This document shows positions 12,691 to 25,795 of a DNA stretch of 64,000 bases, one piece after another. How positions within the stretch are numbered: the stretch's first letter is position 1; every line of letters starts with the position of its first letter. A program made the translations under genes and the position numbers. Source of the DNA: Adineta vaga (Eukaryota > Animalia > Rotifera). The stretch is from NCBI GenBank assembly GCA_021613535.1, contig CP075493.1, positions 992,001 to 1,056,000 on the forward strand, in the 5' to 3' direction. The notes under the pieces are model-generated. The model saw only the letters and a list, made by a program, of their open reading frames with translations. It ran no database searches and was not told the origin of the DNA.

Positions 12691-13558
12691 AGATAACGAT
12701 AAATCACGTACTGACGACGATTTGAATCTTTACACATATACGTAGATGATACGTATCTGAGATAATGGAATAGGTGAAACAAAAGAAATAGTTCTACCGA
12801 ACAAAACATAATCGATATGGAGAATCAGAATCAGTAGAGTGAGCTTCAATAAATACAGGATGTTAGCGCCAATCCATGTAGCATACAAAAAAAACAGATT
12901 TAAGGAATTATAGTCTTCATTTTTTCCATAAAAATGGCTCTGATGAATATCGACGTCGTTAACAGTCTAGTAGTTAAAAGAAACAACACATTCAACAGGT
13001 ATATTGCAAATTGGGCAAAGTACTCCAACTGAATTATTTCAATTACTTAAAGAAAATAAACGATGATTAAATATTGAAATATATACTATCTAACAAAAAA
13101 CACATCAACAGATTATTTTACCATTTGAAAAACCAAATCGTATTGATGCAAAATAAAATTTCTGTTTTTTTTAAATAAATCTATACTCAGTATAGAATAT
13201 CAAATCAATAATCATAGAACTTAGTATGGTAACAGAGGACATCTTTTGTGAAGAATGTGTGTTGACTCCTTGTGTTCTTATCGAATAGTCATATAGGACA
13301 GAAAGAAAGAAAAAAAACAGGCACATTTATATTTTTGATAAAAAAATGACGACATCAACAACTGATTTACGTTGGAATATTAATTTCGCTATTGAAAATG
13401 ATTTAGTTGATTGATTATCTTTATAAAAAGTTTATTGTGAATTTTATAATCAAACTGAGCAAATTTCATTAACAACTGATAATGCTCTCGAATAGCAATT
13501 GATTTTGCAACAATTTTCTGGAGTTGGTCAATATTACAAGAAGCTTGTTAGTTAGATA

Positions 13559-14573
13559 ATGAATTTTACACGATTAAAAGAATTTTTAGCAGTACTCTTT
13601 GTGTTTACAATTTTTCTATTTTCACCGATAATTACATTGATTATTTTTATTCTATTATCATGGTTTTGGTCTTTTCCAATAACTCTAACTCTATTTCTTC
13701 TCTATGGTTGTTGGATTTATTTTGATCGTCATGCTGATTCACAAGAAGGTCGATGGTCTGATCGACTTCGTCAATTATCAATCTGTACTTATTTTACTAA
13801 CTATTTTCCTCTAAAATTAGTTAAAACTGAAGATCTTGATCCAAAACGAAATTATATATTTGGTTATCATCCACATGGATCTTGTTCCTTTGGTGCATCG
13901 GGAAATTTTGCTACAGATGCTACCTATTTTTCCAGGCTTTTTCCAAATATTCGTCCACATTTAATGACCCTTCGTCCTCAATTTCTCTTTCCATTTACAC
14001 GAGAAATCTTACTCAGTTTAGGCGCTCGTTATGTATCAAGACAAAGTTGTGAATATCTATTGAGTGGTAACCATGGTCAAGGTCATGCTTTAGTTATAGT
14101 TATTGGTGGTATGCGAGAAATATATCTTATACAACATAATAGTATACATTTGTATCTAAAGAAGAGAAAAGGTTTTGTTAAATTAGCATTAGAATATGGG
14201 TATATATTTATCTATTCAAAAATTAACTTTTATTTTATTATTTATCTGTAGAGCTTCACTTGTTCCGGTTATTTCATTCGGAGAAAATGAATTATATCGA
14301 CGATATAAGAATATACCATGGGGTCGACTTCTATTTGGACATATTCCACTTCGACGACCTGTCACTACTGTTGGTAAGATAGAAATATTTATATAGAAAA
14401 TAAATCAAGATACCTTTCTAGTTGGTAAACCAATTCATGTTGATAAAAATCTGAATCCAACTTCGGAAGATATCGATCAACTTCATCAAAAATATATTCA
14501 ATCTCTTGAACAATTATATGAATTTAATAAACATAAATATGGATTTGGACATGTTAAATTAGAAATCGTTTAG
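13559..14573 (+). CDS. Diacylglycerol/monoacylglycerol O-acyltransferase (DGAT2/MOGAT family), 3 exons
   Basis: YFP, YHPHG, RKGFVKLALEYG|ASLVPVISFGENE, RRPVTTV|VGKPI, IDQLHQKY motifs; introns about 14200-14251 and 14374-14421. Confidence 0.92.
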
Positions 14574-15511
14574 ATAAATACAAATCTAAGTCACATATAT
14601 CAAGAATATTTCTCTTACTTCGTATTTACTATGGAAAGAGGAAAATATACCCCTTAATTGATGATATTGGTATATTTTATTATGTATAAAAATAGGTAGT
14701 TGTAAAGAAGTTTTTGACAATATAATAATTGTTGTTTTCTTTTCACTATTCTTAACCTTTTATTTGTTATTATTGCGATAATTCTATTTTGTGTATATGA
14801 TTCATTCCTTATTGTAAGCCACGCCAGAAGTTGTTCAATCGAGGTTCTCAGATTTTGCTCAAAATTTTTATATGTTGTAAAACAAGATGTTTAATGAATT
14901 CTGACGTAAACCGATTTCAAAAATATTGAATCCTTCAGATTTTATAGGGTGTGAGTGTGGGTGTCATTTGTAATGTTGAAATTGATGGCGTAAAGCTGGG
15001 AGTGGATGAAAATCCGTGTGTTCGTGAAACACTTGACTGATCGAAAAACTCAACATATCGTTACGACGTTCATTAACGGATTTGTCACTCATGATGTTAT
15101 GAATACAGGCACTATAAAGATGAGATGTGAGTGAAAGAGGTACAGGTATGCTCGATCTGTTTGTCATGAAGAATTGGTCTGTGTACTTTTAACGAAAATA
15201 AATGATCGTACAATTGATTGTCTATGTGCCATGGGACATCAGTATCGTCAAGGATTTAGAAGATTTTATTTGAAAAGTCGAAATTCTGATATTGACTTGT
15301 TTCCGAATGATTTGTTTGGTGATATCATACATTGTGACTGTAAAATGCCAGACAAACGGAAATTGATTTCAAGGAAAGAGATTAGAAATCCAAAATGTTC
15401 TATGTTTTCAGATTTCAACATGATTTCGACGTTTGAAATCAGTTTGTTCCACCTTAGTAAAATATTATTCGTCATCTTCTACTTAAAAAAAGAATATGAA
15501 TTAAATCTATT

Positions 15512-17608
15512 TTATATATAAAGTAATATTAAAATAATGAATTGTAAAATATAATTAAAATATAATTGATTATATTTATTGAATAAATCCATTGAATTAA
15601 TTGTTTGATTACGATATTTATTTAACCATTTAAGTTCTTCACGAATTTTAATTTTTCCATGAATAGGATTTGAATTGATCAAATGTCCTTCATTTGGAAA
15701 AATAATTAATTTCGTTGAAATATTTCGAAAGAAAAGTGCTCGATGAAAAATATAACTTTGACTTAGAGATATTTGTGTATCTTTTTCAGCAGCAACAATA
15801 TGTGTTGGTGTTTTTAATTGATTAAAATAATAAATTGGTGATTCATTTTGATATAACAATGGATTTTCCCATGGAAAACCTTGAAAAAAATATTTATGAA
15901 ATCCTGGTGTCCCCATCGTTCCCCATCCTGAAACATGTTCAATTAAACTTGCTCCTGAAACTGCTGCATTAAAACGTTGTGTTTGTGTAATTAACCAATT
16001 TGTTAATAAACCTCCATAACTATAACCACCAATTGTAAGTCTATGTGGATCAACAATATTCTCTTGAATTAATTGATCAATTCCATAAAGAATATCTTTT
16101 CCAGGTAGAGATAATGGTTTTGAACGAATTTCTGTTAAAAATTGATCACCATATCCTATTGAACCACGATAATTGGGTTCTAAAACTAACCAACCTTGTG
16201 TCGCAGCAAATATTGCATAAGAATAAAAATTTGCATTAAAACAATTCAAACTTGTTTCTGCTGGTCCACCATGAATAAGAACAAAAAGTGGTAAATTTTT
16301 CAAATAATTTTCTTCAATTGGATAAAATAACATTCCTTCTATAATTTGATTATCATCAAGATTTTTCCATTGATAAACTTTGGCATTGGGTAAATTTCTT
16401 TGTGTTAATAAATAATTAAAATTTGTTAAATTTTCTGCTAATTTAATTTGATTTATATCATTAAGAAAATAAACTTCCATTGGTTTATTAAATGATGAAT
16501 AAATAAATCCAATTAAATTTGTTTTAGAATTCGATATTAACAATTGATACGTTCCATTCCATCCTTAATGATTTAATAAAGTCTTTTCTATTAAATTATA
16601 TGTAAAAATTTGAACTTCAGTTCCAATTTGACCAAGAATATAAATTCCATTTTCAGATTTAATTGAATATCCCATTAGATTTCCTTGAAAATGTTCAATT
16701 AAATGTTCTATTTGTTTATTGAATATATTGAGTGAATAAAGACGAGTTTGTGTATTATTTAATTTCTTTTGAGTTGAAGCAACTGGTCGTGAAAGAAAGA
16801 AAATATGTTGATTATCATTCGATAATTGTAAATCAGTTTCAAAAATTTCATTTTTTGTTAATTGAATTAAATTTGATGAATTTTTTAAATCAAATAAATA
16901 GATTTCAAATGCATTAAGATTTTCTAAATCTGATGAAATTGTCGAATAGATTAATTGATTTTCTAATGAATGAAATAATAATTCATTAATTAAATACGAA
17001 ACATTTTGAATAAAATTCATTTGAAAAGATAAAATTGAATTATTTTCAATAAAATTCATTTCATAAATAATTGTACTTTCATTTATAGAATCTTTTTTAT
17101 ATTGAATAACATTATCCCATTGATCTTTATCTAAAGAATCATTTTTATTAATATTTAAATCGGAATTCATTGTTGCTAAATAAAATTTTGAATTTTCATT
17201 TGACCAAGTTAAACTTAATGGAATTTGATTTTGAATATCAATAAAAAATAATTGATTTAAATGAATTGAATATAAATAAATTTTTTGTAAAAAATTCTTT
17301 TCTTTTATTGATAATAAAATCCATTGACCATTGTTTGACCATTTCGGTTTAATTGATGAATAAAGATTTGTTGTTATTAATATTCGACTTTGTTTTTCAA
17401 TATCATATAACCATAAAGCATTTTCGAACGATTTATTTTCCCATAATGGACGATTTGTTTCAATAAGAATTTGTTGATTTATTGGAGAAAAACTTATCAT
17501 TGGAAAATAAGTATAATTAAGATATTCATCTAAGGTTAATTTAGATTTCAAATCAATTTTTAAACATAAAATCAATTGAAAATTAATCAAAAAATACCAT
17601 CGATTCAT
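15512..17608 (-). pseudogene. S9 family (prolyl oligopeptidase/acylaminoacyl peptidase-like) peptidase, bacterial type, one in-frame TAA at 16565-16567
   Basis: ORFs 16565..17608 (beta-propeller, signal-like N-terminus) and 15512..16543 (IHGGP, PNYRGS, GGYSYGG, Asp in EKDTQ, NEGH) are in the same frame: ...LLNH*GWNGTYQLL...; intronless; hydrophobic C-terminal tail. Confidence 0.85.
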
Positions 17609-18201
17609 TTTGAAAGATTTCTTATCGATTAAGATAAATATAATTCAATTATAGGATTTCATCAAAATATAAAAACAATTGAAAATCCTTCTTTAAATAT
17701 CATAATCTAATCTTTAACTAATAAGATTTTATATTTGATCAATGAAAATATTTGTTTTATTCTCTTCTCCAAGATCAATATAGTATAAATTATTAAATAA
17801 TTTGTTTAACTGTTAGAATTTTTATTTAATAGATTTCTTAAAAATACAAGAAGAATTATCATTCTCAATCATATGTCTTCGATCATTTAATACGCAAAAA
17901 GATATTATTGAAATATATGATCACATGTTTATATTCTATTATGAAATGATAAAATACAGACGACAAAAAAAAAGATTCAGTAAAAATTTTTTACATTAAG
18001 TTGATGATCTTAAATATTTAAAGAGTTCTCATTTTAGTGAAACAATTTTTCTTCAAAAGAATCATAAATTTTAAGAAAATATAACTAATGTAGGAGCAAA
18101 CGGTGTGTTTCTTCGCTGATAAAGAGAGAAAAAAGACTTTTTTTTTTCTTCTAACAGATGAAAAAAGTTAATTTAACTTTAACGTTGGGAAAAATTGGAA
18201 G

Positions 18202-20594
18202 ATGAATTTATCACAATCTTTTAAATCATATTTGGCTTTCATTAGCTTAACTATAATGCAAATATTCATTAGTATTATTTATAAATTATCAGAACAAACA
18301 AATTCTTCTTCTTTTGTATTTTTGATTGTTGAAATTGTGAAATTATTAATTAGTTTAATAATCATTTATATCAATACTGATATTATTTCAAATGAAATAG
18401 ATGAAATAAAGATAAGATATAAGATATTATCTTTCTATTTCATTTGTTTTCAAAAACTAAAATCTATTTTTTTAAAATTACGTAAACAAATTACTTGGAA
18501 ATTAATTTTATATTCATTACAAATATCCTTTCTCTATTGTATCAATAATTATCTATTAATTTATCTACATAAATCAATTGATATGACAATAATATCTTTA
18601 TTTACAAGTTTCATATCTCCATTCATTATTTTATTATTATGGGAATTATATAATAAACATTTAAATCAATTAAATTCGATTGGATTAATATTACAAATAA
18701 TTGGTTTGAGTATTTTACAATATAAACCATGTATTCAATATATTCATATTGATTTAATTCATTATTTAATGTTAATTAGTACGGTTATCCTTACTGGTAT
18801 ATGTTGTGTTTGGAATGAATATTGTGTTAAACATATAAATGTAGATTTACAAATTCAAAATCTTGTTCTTTATTTTTTTGGTATTTTTTTCCATTTAATT
18901 GCTTTTTATATTTTCCCTAATGGATTATTTTCAACATCAAATTCATTGTTAAGTCTATTTTCAAATAATTCCTATTGGATTTGCTTAATAATAATATCTC
19001 ATTCTATTATTGGATTAATTAATTCAACAATTTATAAATATAGTGATGTTATTATGCAAATATGGTCATCTGCAATTACAAAAGCAGCTTTAATATTATT
19101 GAATACATTAATCTTTTTTATTATTGTTGATTTACAGATGTATGCAGGTGTAATTATAGTGTTTCTATCATTTTATATTTATATTCTTGGAGAAAAAAAA
19201 TTCATTTCTGAATCTCTGAAAATAATCGATAGAAATTTATTAATAAGTTTTTTTAATTCACCACGAAATCGTTGGTTGATTATTAAAATATTTTTATTAA
19301 TTTTATTTTTACCAATTGGATATTTTACAATTCAAAATAATGGATTTACTTTCAAATCTTTCTCATCAATTTCTATTCAAAAAAATTCAAATTTGACCAA
19401 GATATTAAATGATAATACTTCTTTAATAAAATTACCTATTTATCGTATGTTTGATCATAATTTTCATTTAAAAAAACTTTTTGTATTTTTTTAGAATCTT
19501 CAAATGAATTTTTCAAAATTTCTAAAATTGAACCTATTCGACTTAATCAACCTCTTAAATTACATGGTATATTCAATGCTACTGGTATAAAACTTCAATT
19601 AACTGTTAATACAATCAAATGTTCATTGTATTATTTCTCTGAAACTGAAATTATTTGTAATGCACTTGATCTTCATGATAAATTACCTCTTAATAACACT
19701 GTTGAACTTGTTATCAATGCACAATATGAAAAATTATCAAGTATACAAAAAGTTATCGTCATTCGATTAATGACACATTGGGAACGTAAACGTATTTTAC
19801 TTTTAATCTGTTTTGAACAACCACGATATGAACGAATAAGTTTTTTAACTATGTTCGAAGATTTATTTCCAAAAGTTATTTATGCTGGAACAGTTGCAAG
19901 TGAAAATATAATGCTTTGCCCAGAACTTCCATGGCGAAATCATGTATGTATTGCTCGAGTTATTGAACAATATCCTAATTATGATGGTTATTTATATCAA
20001 ACATTTGATGTTGCAGTTATCTTATATAATCTTGATCAATTTGATACATTGAAAATTTGGAGAGCGAAAGATTATATATCACGAGATCCTCCATTTGGAT
20101 CACCTGTTCATGAAGGTAATGCTGCTGGTTGGATGTGGTCAGTTCATCCGATTTTATCAGATACAAAAAGAGCTTTTACAATAATTAATAATGAAATTGA
20201 AAAGAATGGTTCTAATTCACAACGATATCGTACATATATGAAAAATTTAATAACTAATGCAGGTTCAGCTGATATGCGACTTGGTTCATTTAGTGATCTT
20301 TATTATATTCCAAAACAATTAACAAATGATTGGTTATTTTTAGCTGGACGTGGAAGTGTTTTTGATAAATGTAATGTTATACATGAAATTGTTTCTCCAA
20401 CACTTTCATGGATGATTACTGATAATATTACTACGAAATATCAAACATTTGAAGGTTTTTATTCTACTGATTATAGTATTGGAGATTATCTCAATAATCC
20501 TCATCAACATTACTTTCATCGAGTCAATTTAGCTGATAAAAATCAAAGAGAATTCATCAAAATGATCAAAAATAAAGTACATGTATATGTTTAA
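18202..20594 (+). CDS. Nucleotide-sugar transporter (SLC35/DMT-like) fused to a C-terminal STELLO/DUF288-like putative glycosyltransferase domain
   Basis: N-part multi-TM with VEIVKLLISL, LYCINN, VWNEY..K, QNLVLYFFG, YKYSDVIM. Intron 19445..19494 (C|GTATGT...TTAG|AA) joins in frame to ORF 19626..20594 with ILLLICFEQPRYE..FPKVIYAG, CIARVIEQYPNYDGYLY..FD, SDLYYIP, HEIVSPT, YFHRV. Confidence 0.75.
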
Positions 20595-21761
20595 AAATAA
20601 ACAATTTTTACGATCTATATAGAAACTTTCAATGTCGATTAATTGTCATACCACGAGCCCATTGTACTGTGTTCAAAGTAAAGACAATAAATACAAGAAT
20701 CAATATTGATGCTTATCTTTGCTCAAGTTTTTTCTTTTTATCGAAGTACATTGTTACTTTTTGATATAATGATTTTTCTCTGTTAATGTGCTTTATCATC
20801 TAGAAATTATTAGTTGAGTTGGGTGTGATTATCTATTATAATGAATTTCTCTTTCCATTGCTTGATTGATATCAGTTTCATTTAAAAATTGTTTTTCTTT
20901 TAATTCGATGTATAATTCACAATTGAAATTCTTTGATCAAATGTTAAAATAACAATATTATTATTTTAAATGAAAGAATGATTGAGATAACAACATCCGC
21001 ACATTCATCATAGAGATAAATTTCTTTTGATTTTGACTCTTTTATTTAAATTCTACCGTGAATCATAATACATTTATATTCTGTTTCGTTATATAAAATA
21101 GTCTAACCAATAAAGTTGAATACCTGTAAGTTATGTGTTTTTTTCTAAAATTTGATTTTCATCATTGTCTAAAATCATAATGATTAGTTTTGATTGACAT
21201 GTAATATAATTTATGATACTGTTTTGAAAATATCAGAGAGTTGTTCGGTGAAATAGCACATTTATCCTTCAATCGATCATTATCGTATTTGTTATGACAA
21301 CTTATCCTTGATTACCTGTACATTCTTTCTTTCATTAGTTTGATGAATGATCAGAGTAAACAAAGTTTTTTCTTGTTATTTAACTGGATATATTTATATT
21401 AAAAAAAGTTATACGATTGAAATCTTTAGTGTCATAAACTAAAATTCTTTTAACTGTATGATAGAATGTCCAACAAGCTAAGAATAGTACGTTTTTCGAG
21501 AATATATTTTATTAGACATGAAAATTGTGAATCCGCTCTAACGAAAATAAAATGGAAAAAATAGATGAAACTATTCGAAAGAAGAAGTAAATATTTTGAA
21601 AATAGAAAAGAAGAAATTGTTAGATTGTGTTGCTGATGATGACGTTCGATTTTTAGTATAATCTTGAGATTGTAATATATATCCTTCGAAGAGAAATCAA
21701 GTAGTATTATTTTATTATTATTAAAACACTATTTTCGAATAACATACCTATTAAAGTATTC

Positions 21762-22338
21762 TTAAAGATAATAACAATAGCGTTTATTACCATCATATGG
21801 ACCTGATTTACATTGAGTAACAGTAGTATAAAGTTTACCATTAATAGTTTGAGGACGTGTAGCATCTGAACCATCAGGATTACAACAACCAATTTCAATC
21901 GGATAGAGATTAGCATAACGACGATCAGGATCATAGCAAGCAAAATTACCACCAATAGCACAATTATTATCATAATCATAACAGGAACCAACAAAACCAT
22001 AACAAACGTCAGCAATACGAGTATATCGACCATTAGTACAAGTACTATAACAACAAGGAAGACCATCCTTAGTACAAGCATCGCCACTAGCAATACAAAG
22101 AGGACAACTACGATTACCATTATTACCGCGACACACCCCACCATTAATTAGAGCATTGTAATCAGTATTGTAAACTTCAGCATAAGGACGATCACCATAA
22201 CGACAAGTACAACCAGGACAACATTGGGAATCATCATCACAAGAAACATTATCAAAAGCGCAACTAGCAAAAAAAACTCGTTGCTTGAGATATACATACG
22301 ATTACCAGCAACATAATGGATGCGATTAAACGAATCAT
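21762..22338 (-). CDS. Secreted cysteine-rich protein with three tandem knottin-like (C-C-CC-C-C) modules; 1-nt frameshift in an A8/T8 run at 22269-22276
   Basis: MIRLIASIMLLVIVCISQATSFF then, after removing one T, ASCAFDNVSCDDDSQCCPGCTC...CIASGDACTKDGLPCCYSTC...C...CAIGGNFAC...GCC...C...CYYL*. Strong T-ending codon bias supports this frame. Confidence 0.75.
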
Positions 22339-24535
22339 TTTATTGTTTTTCTACTTTGTCTGTTATTGCAATTTAACTACTGACTATAGACTATTCGATT
22401 AATATGAACGAGTATATAAATGTAATAATTCTGTATATACGATTTACCTTTAGATAAACATCGAATGACAGGTAACGAGAAAAGAAACACAAATATTTTG
22501 ACTATTTTCAAATGAATGAATGAGTATCATTATGAAGGATTATTTAAGCAAACACAATTGTGAAAAACAATGCATTTGTATATGAGATTTGATACTTCTT
22601 ATATATATTCGCACTGAAAAATATCGATATTGTTTTCTATTCTATCAACATAAGTTTTCGTACACTATAGAAGATTTTCTTTCTCATAACAAAATGTATT
22701 TGTATAATTTTTTGTTAGATAACTCAGATCACATATAGATGAATCCACAAAATCTCGCTTATCAACTGATAATGACCTTCTCCGAATTGAATGAAATTTT
22801 CAAACTGTGTATAAACGTTTTTGAAATTCGATCCTAGTTCCATAGAAATATATACAAAATACTTTATCACTACATTTTTGTCTTTTTTTTTCAAAAAACA
22901 AGTTTGCGCAGTTATCGAAAGTATAAGATGAAACAGAGTAATGATTTATTGTACAATTTTGTAGAACAGAAGTTATTTTCCGAAATATTATCTTCAAAGA
23001 AATGAACTTTGATAGATATAGTAGTAAAATCTGAACGAATTATTTCAAAAGTCAGTCGAGAATAGTGAAGTCTCATAGTAAATGCTTTGTATAAAAAAAA
23101 TTACATTGAGGGGTTCTTTATCAGATTCTACGACAGAGAAATTGATTTTAATGATCATACCTGTTGATTAATAACAGATGACATTTATAGATTTGGAGAA
23201 GTTGCTGTATGAACGAGGCGAGATTCCATGGATAAACTTTTATACAATGATGTCAGTGTTGAATATCTTAATTTATTATTATTAAAGTGATTTGTTAACT
23301 ATATAAATATTGATGAAAATATCGATGAAAAAATTAGTAAAAGATAAAAGACTCAATGAAGTACATGACAAACTTAATTATCATTTATATGAATGTTAAA
23401 AAAAACTTCTTACAAAAAACTCAATGATGCACCTCGTCTTTTTTCTTTCTAGTTTTTTGATAATAGAAATGAAGATGGTTCGATAGATATCAACTTTGCG
23501 AAAAGATTTTTATTTCATGTTTCCTAACAGAAACAAACTTTTCTTTTGAGTAACGGTCTTATTCGACTTCGAATATAAATGACGATTTTAAAAAAATGCT
23601 CCTACTCCTAGTCATTATTTTTGATAGATAAAGGTTTAGACTGTGTGACTCATCAATATAATTTGTAATCACAGTCATATGTGCAGAATTCTGAATTCTA
23701 ATCAATGGTAACCAAAATAAAACTATTCCTATTCTTACAGGAAAACATTTTGTGTGAAGTATAATTGCATATAGATAAAAGAAAATCTATTTCTATTGTA
23801 TGGAAAACTTTAGCTTAAGTTTCGTGATTTATTTTCGAAATGATATCAAATAGGTGAATGTGCATGTATATTCGAATTCGAATTAGACAGTTCATGTTTT
23901 TTATATAAATTTTGACAATTTCATCAAAAATTAACATTCACTCTTCTATTCTATCTTTTCTTTTTCTCGTTAGTTGTAACTTTCATTTAAATAACAAAAG
24001 AAAAACAAACATTCGAGTCATGTAAATTTCTGTCGCCCTTTGTCTTCAATGATCATTCATGTATTTATAATCGATGGTTAGAGTGAATAGAAAAAAGGAA
24101 ATAAAATAGAACAATCATTTTTTTATTTAATTGTAGAAAAATCGACAGATAATTATGAAAAACTTGTTTCTATCGGTAACGATTCAGGTCAATATCAACA
24201 AGGATTTTGTAAAAAAAACTCATGAACGACCATATAGAATATCGTACGAGAAAGGTTTATACATCAATAGTTTCAAGTATCTGAATAACAAACTGGATAA
24301 ATCAAATATTATATCATATCATGAGATAAATTTGAATTCAAAATATTGTCTTGTGGTTTTCATAGTTTTCATTTATCTACAATTGACAACACAATGTGAT
24401 TGATTCATATTTTGACATCTTTGCACAATCCTTTAGGTAACAATTGAAATAGATCGAAAGAATAATTTATTAGTAAAATTTAAATCATATTGTTTTGATG
24501 ATTAAACTCAAGATCGTAAAAAACACAGCGACAGT

Positions 24536-24877
24536 TGTTACTTCATGACGCTACCTCTCTCTAGTCACGACGTGCATATTTTCTTTCTTTTCTGTGGATA
24601 TGTCTCTTCTCTTGATCACCATGTCTTTTTCATTTTTTTCACTATTAAGTCGTGCTATTGTTTTTATTCTTATTTTCGTCTCTCTACCCCTTGTCCTTGT
24701 TAAACATATAAAGTTGTTTTTTCTCTTTTTCTTCAATGTTTCTTGTTCTCGATTTTGTCCTTGTTTACCCCCAATAAACACGGTCATCTTCATTATTGTT
24801 TAGTTATGGTAGCCTTGATTTATCATAGTGAGATTTCTCGATAGTAGTTGAATCAAGATTCTCGAGATACCTTTACA
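24536..24877 (+). mobile_element. Solo LTR (family A)
   Basis: TGTTAC...CCTTTACA termini, TATA-like CATATAAAG, AATAAACACG poly(A) signal; the 3' about 130 bp aligns with the reverse complement of 49000-49145. No clear TSD. Confidence 0.7.
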
Positions 24878-25795
24878 TTCCCCATAACGAAAACCTCATA
24901 TTTATTCTCTTCAATAATAAGTTATATTCGATCCTTTGACATGTATTTTGCTGTACGGAAATTTTCAATTATTAATAAATCAAATTATGCATTTATTTTA
25001 CTTCTGCAATCTTCAAATAGATCAAGAAAGAATCTCATTCATTATTCCACCTTGACTTACACAATATAAAAATTAGAATTAACCAAAATGTTCGTGTAAG
25101 TTTTAAATACAAGAATTTCACATCAATTGGAACTATTATCATACTAAGCGAGGATAATACTTCGAATGATTCCAATTGTTTGTATTATCACGATAGAAAA
25201 CGTTAATAGAATCGTATTATATTGAATATAACATAGTTGAACAATAAAGAAGAATCAATTTCAATTAGTACAATTAAAAACGATAAAGTTTATTTTTGAA
25301 GAACAAATACAAAACATATATGATTATTTAAAGACATTTCATTCGATTCAATTCCATTACTATAAGATAAATGACAATGTTTTGTTTTCAATTCTTATCG
25401 AAAATATATTGATAGAATAAAGAAAAATCATTCAGATAGACAGAAAAATTGTTGAATCTAGTTGATAGAATTTTATTTATTAAATGACTTGAATAGATTT
25501 TGTTAATAAATAAATCTTTTATTTTAATTCAAATTTCATTTTTCTTATTTAAAATTTGAATAAATAAAGAAATTAGGAACATTTTTTTAATTGACATAAA
25601 TCATTTATTTATATCGTTCAATTAAAAAATAGAAATTTTGTCTTAAAATTCAATTTTAGGAAAATAAAAACGTACTTTAATAAAAAAAAAGGTCCTTGAA
25701 ACATTAAGGAGCTTTAAATATTTGTTAAATGATTTTTATTTTTAAAAACAAAATGTAAAGAAGAAAATCATTTCAAAAGAATTCTTCAATAAAAA

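Noticed and set aside
21707-22144. 145-aa hydrophobic ORF (MVGCVAVIMV...) as a membrane protein
   Set aside because: It is a shadow frame produced by T-ending codons of the Cys-rich gene.
24551-24803. Short ORFs on both strands (also 28607-28801 and 49063-49500)
   Set aside because: They lie in low-complexity LTR sequence and have no protein motifs.
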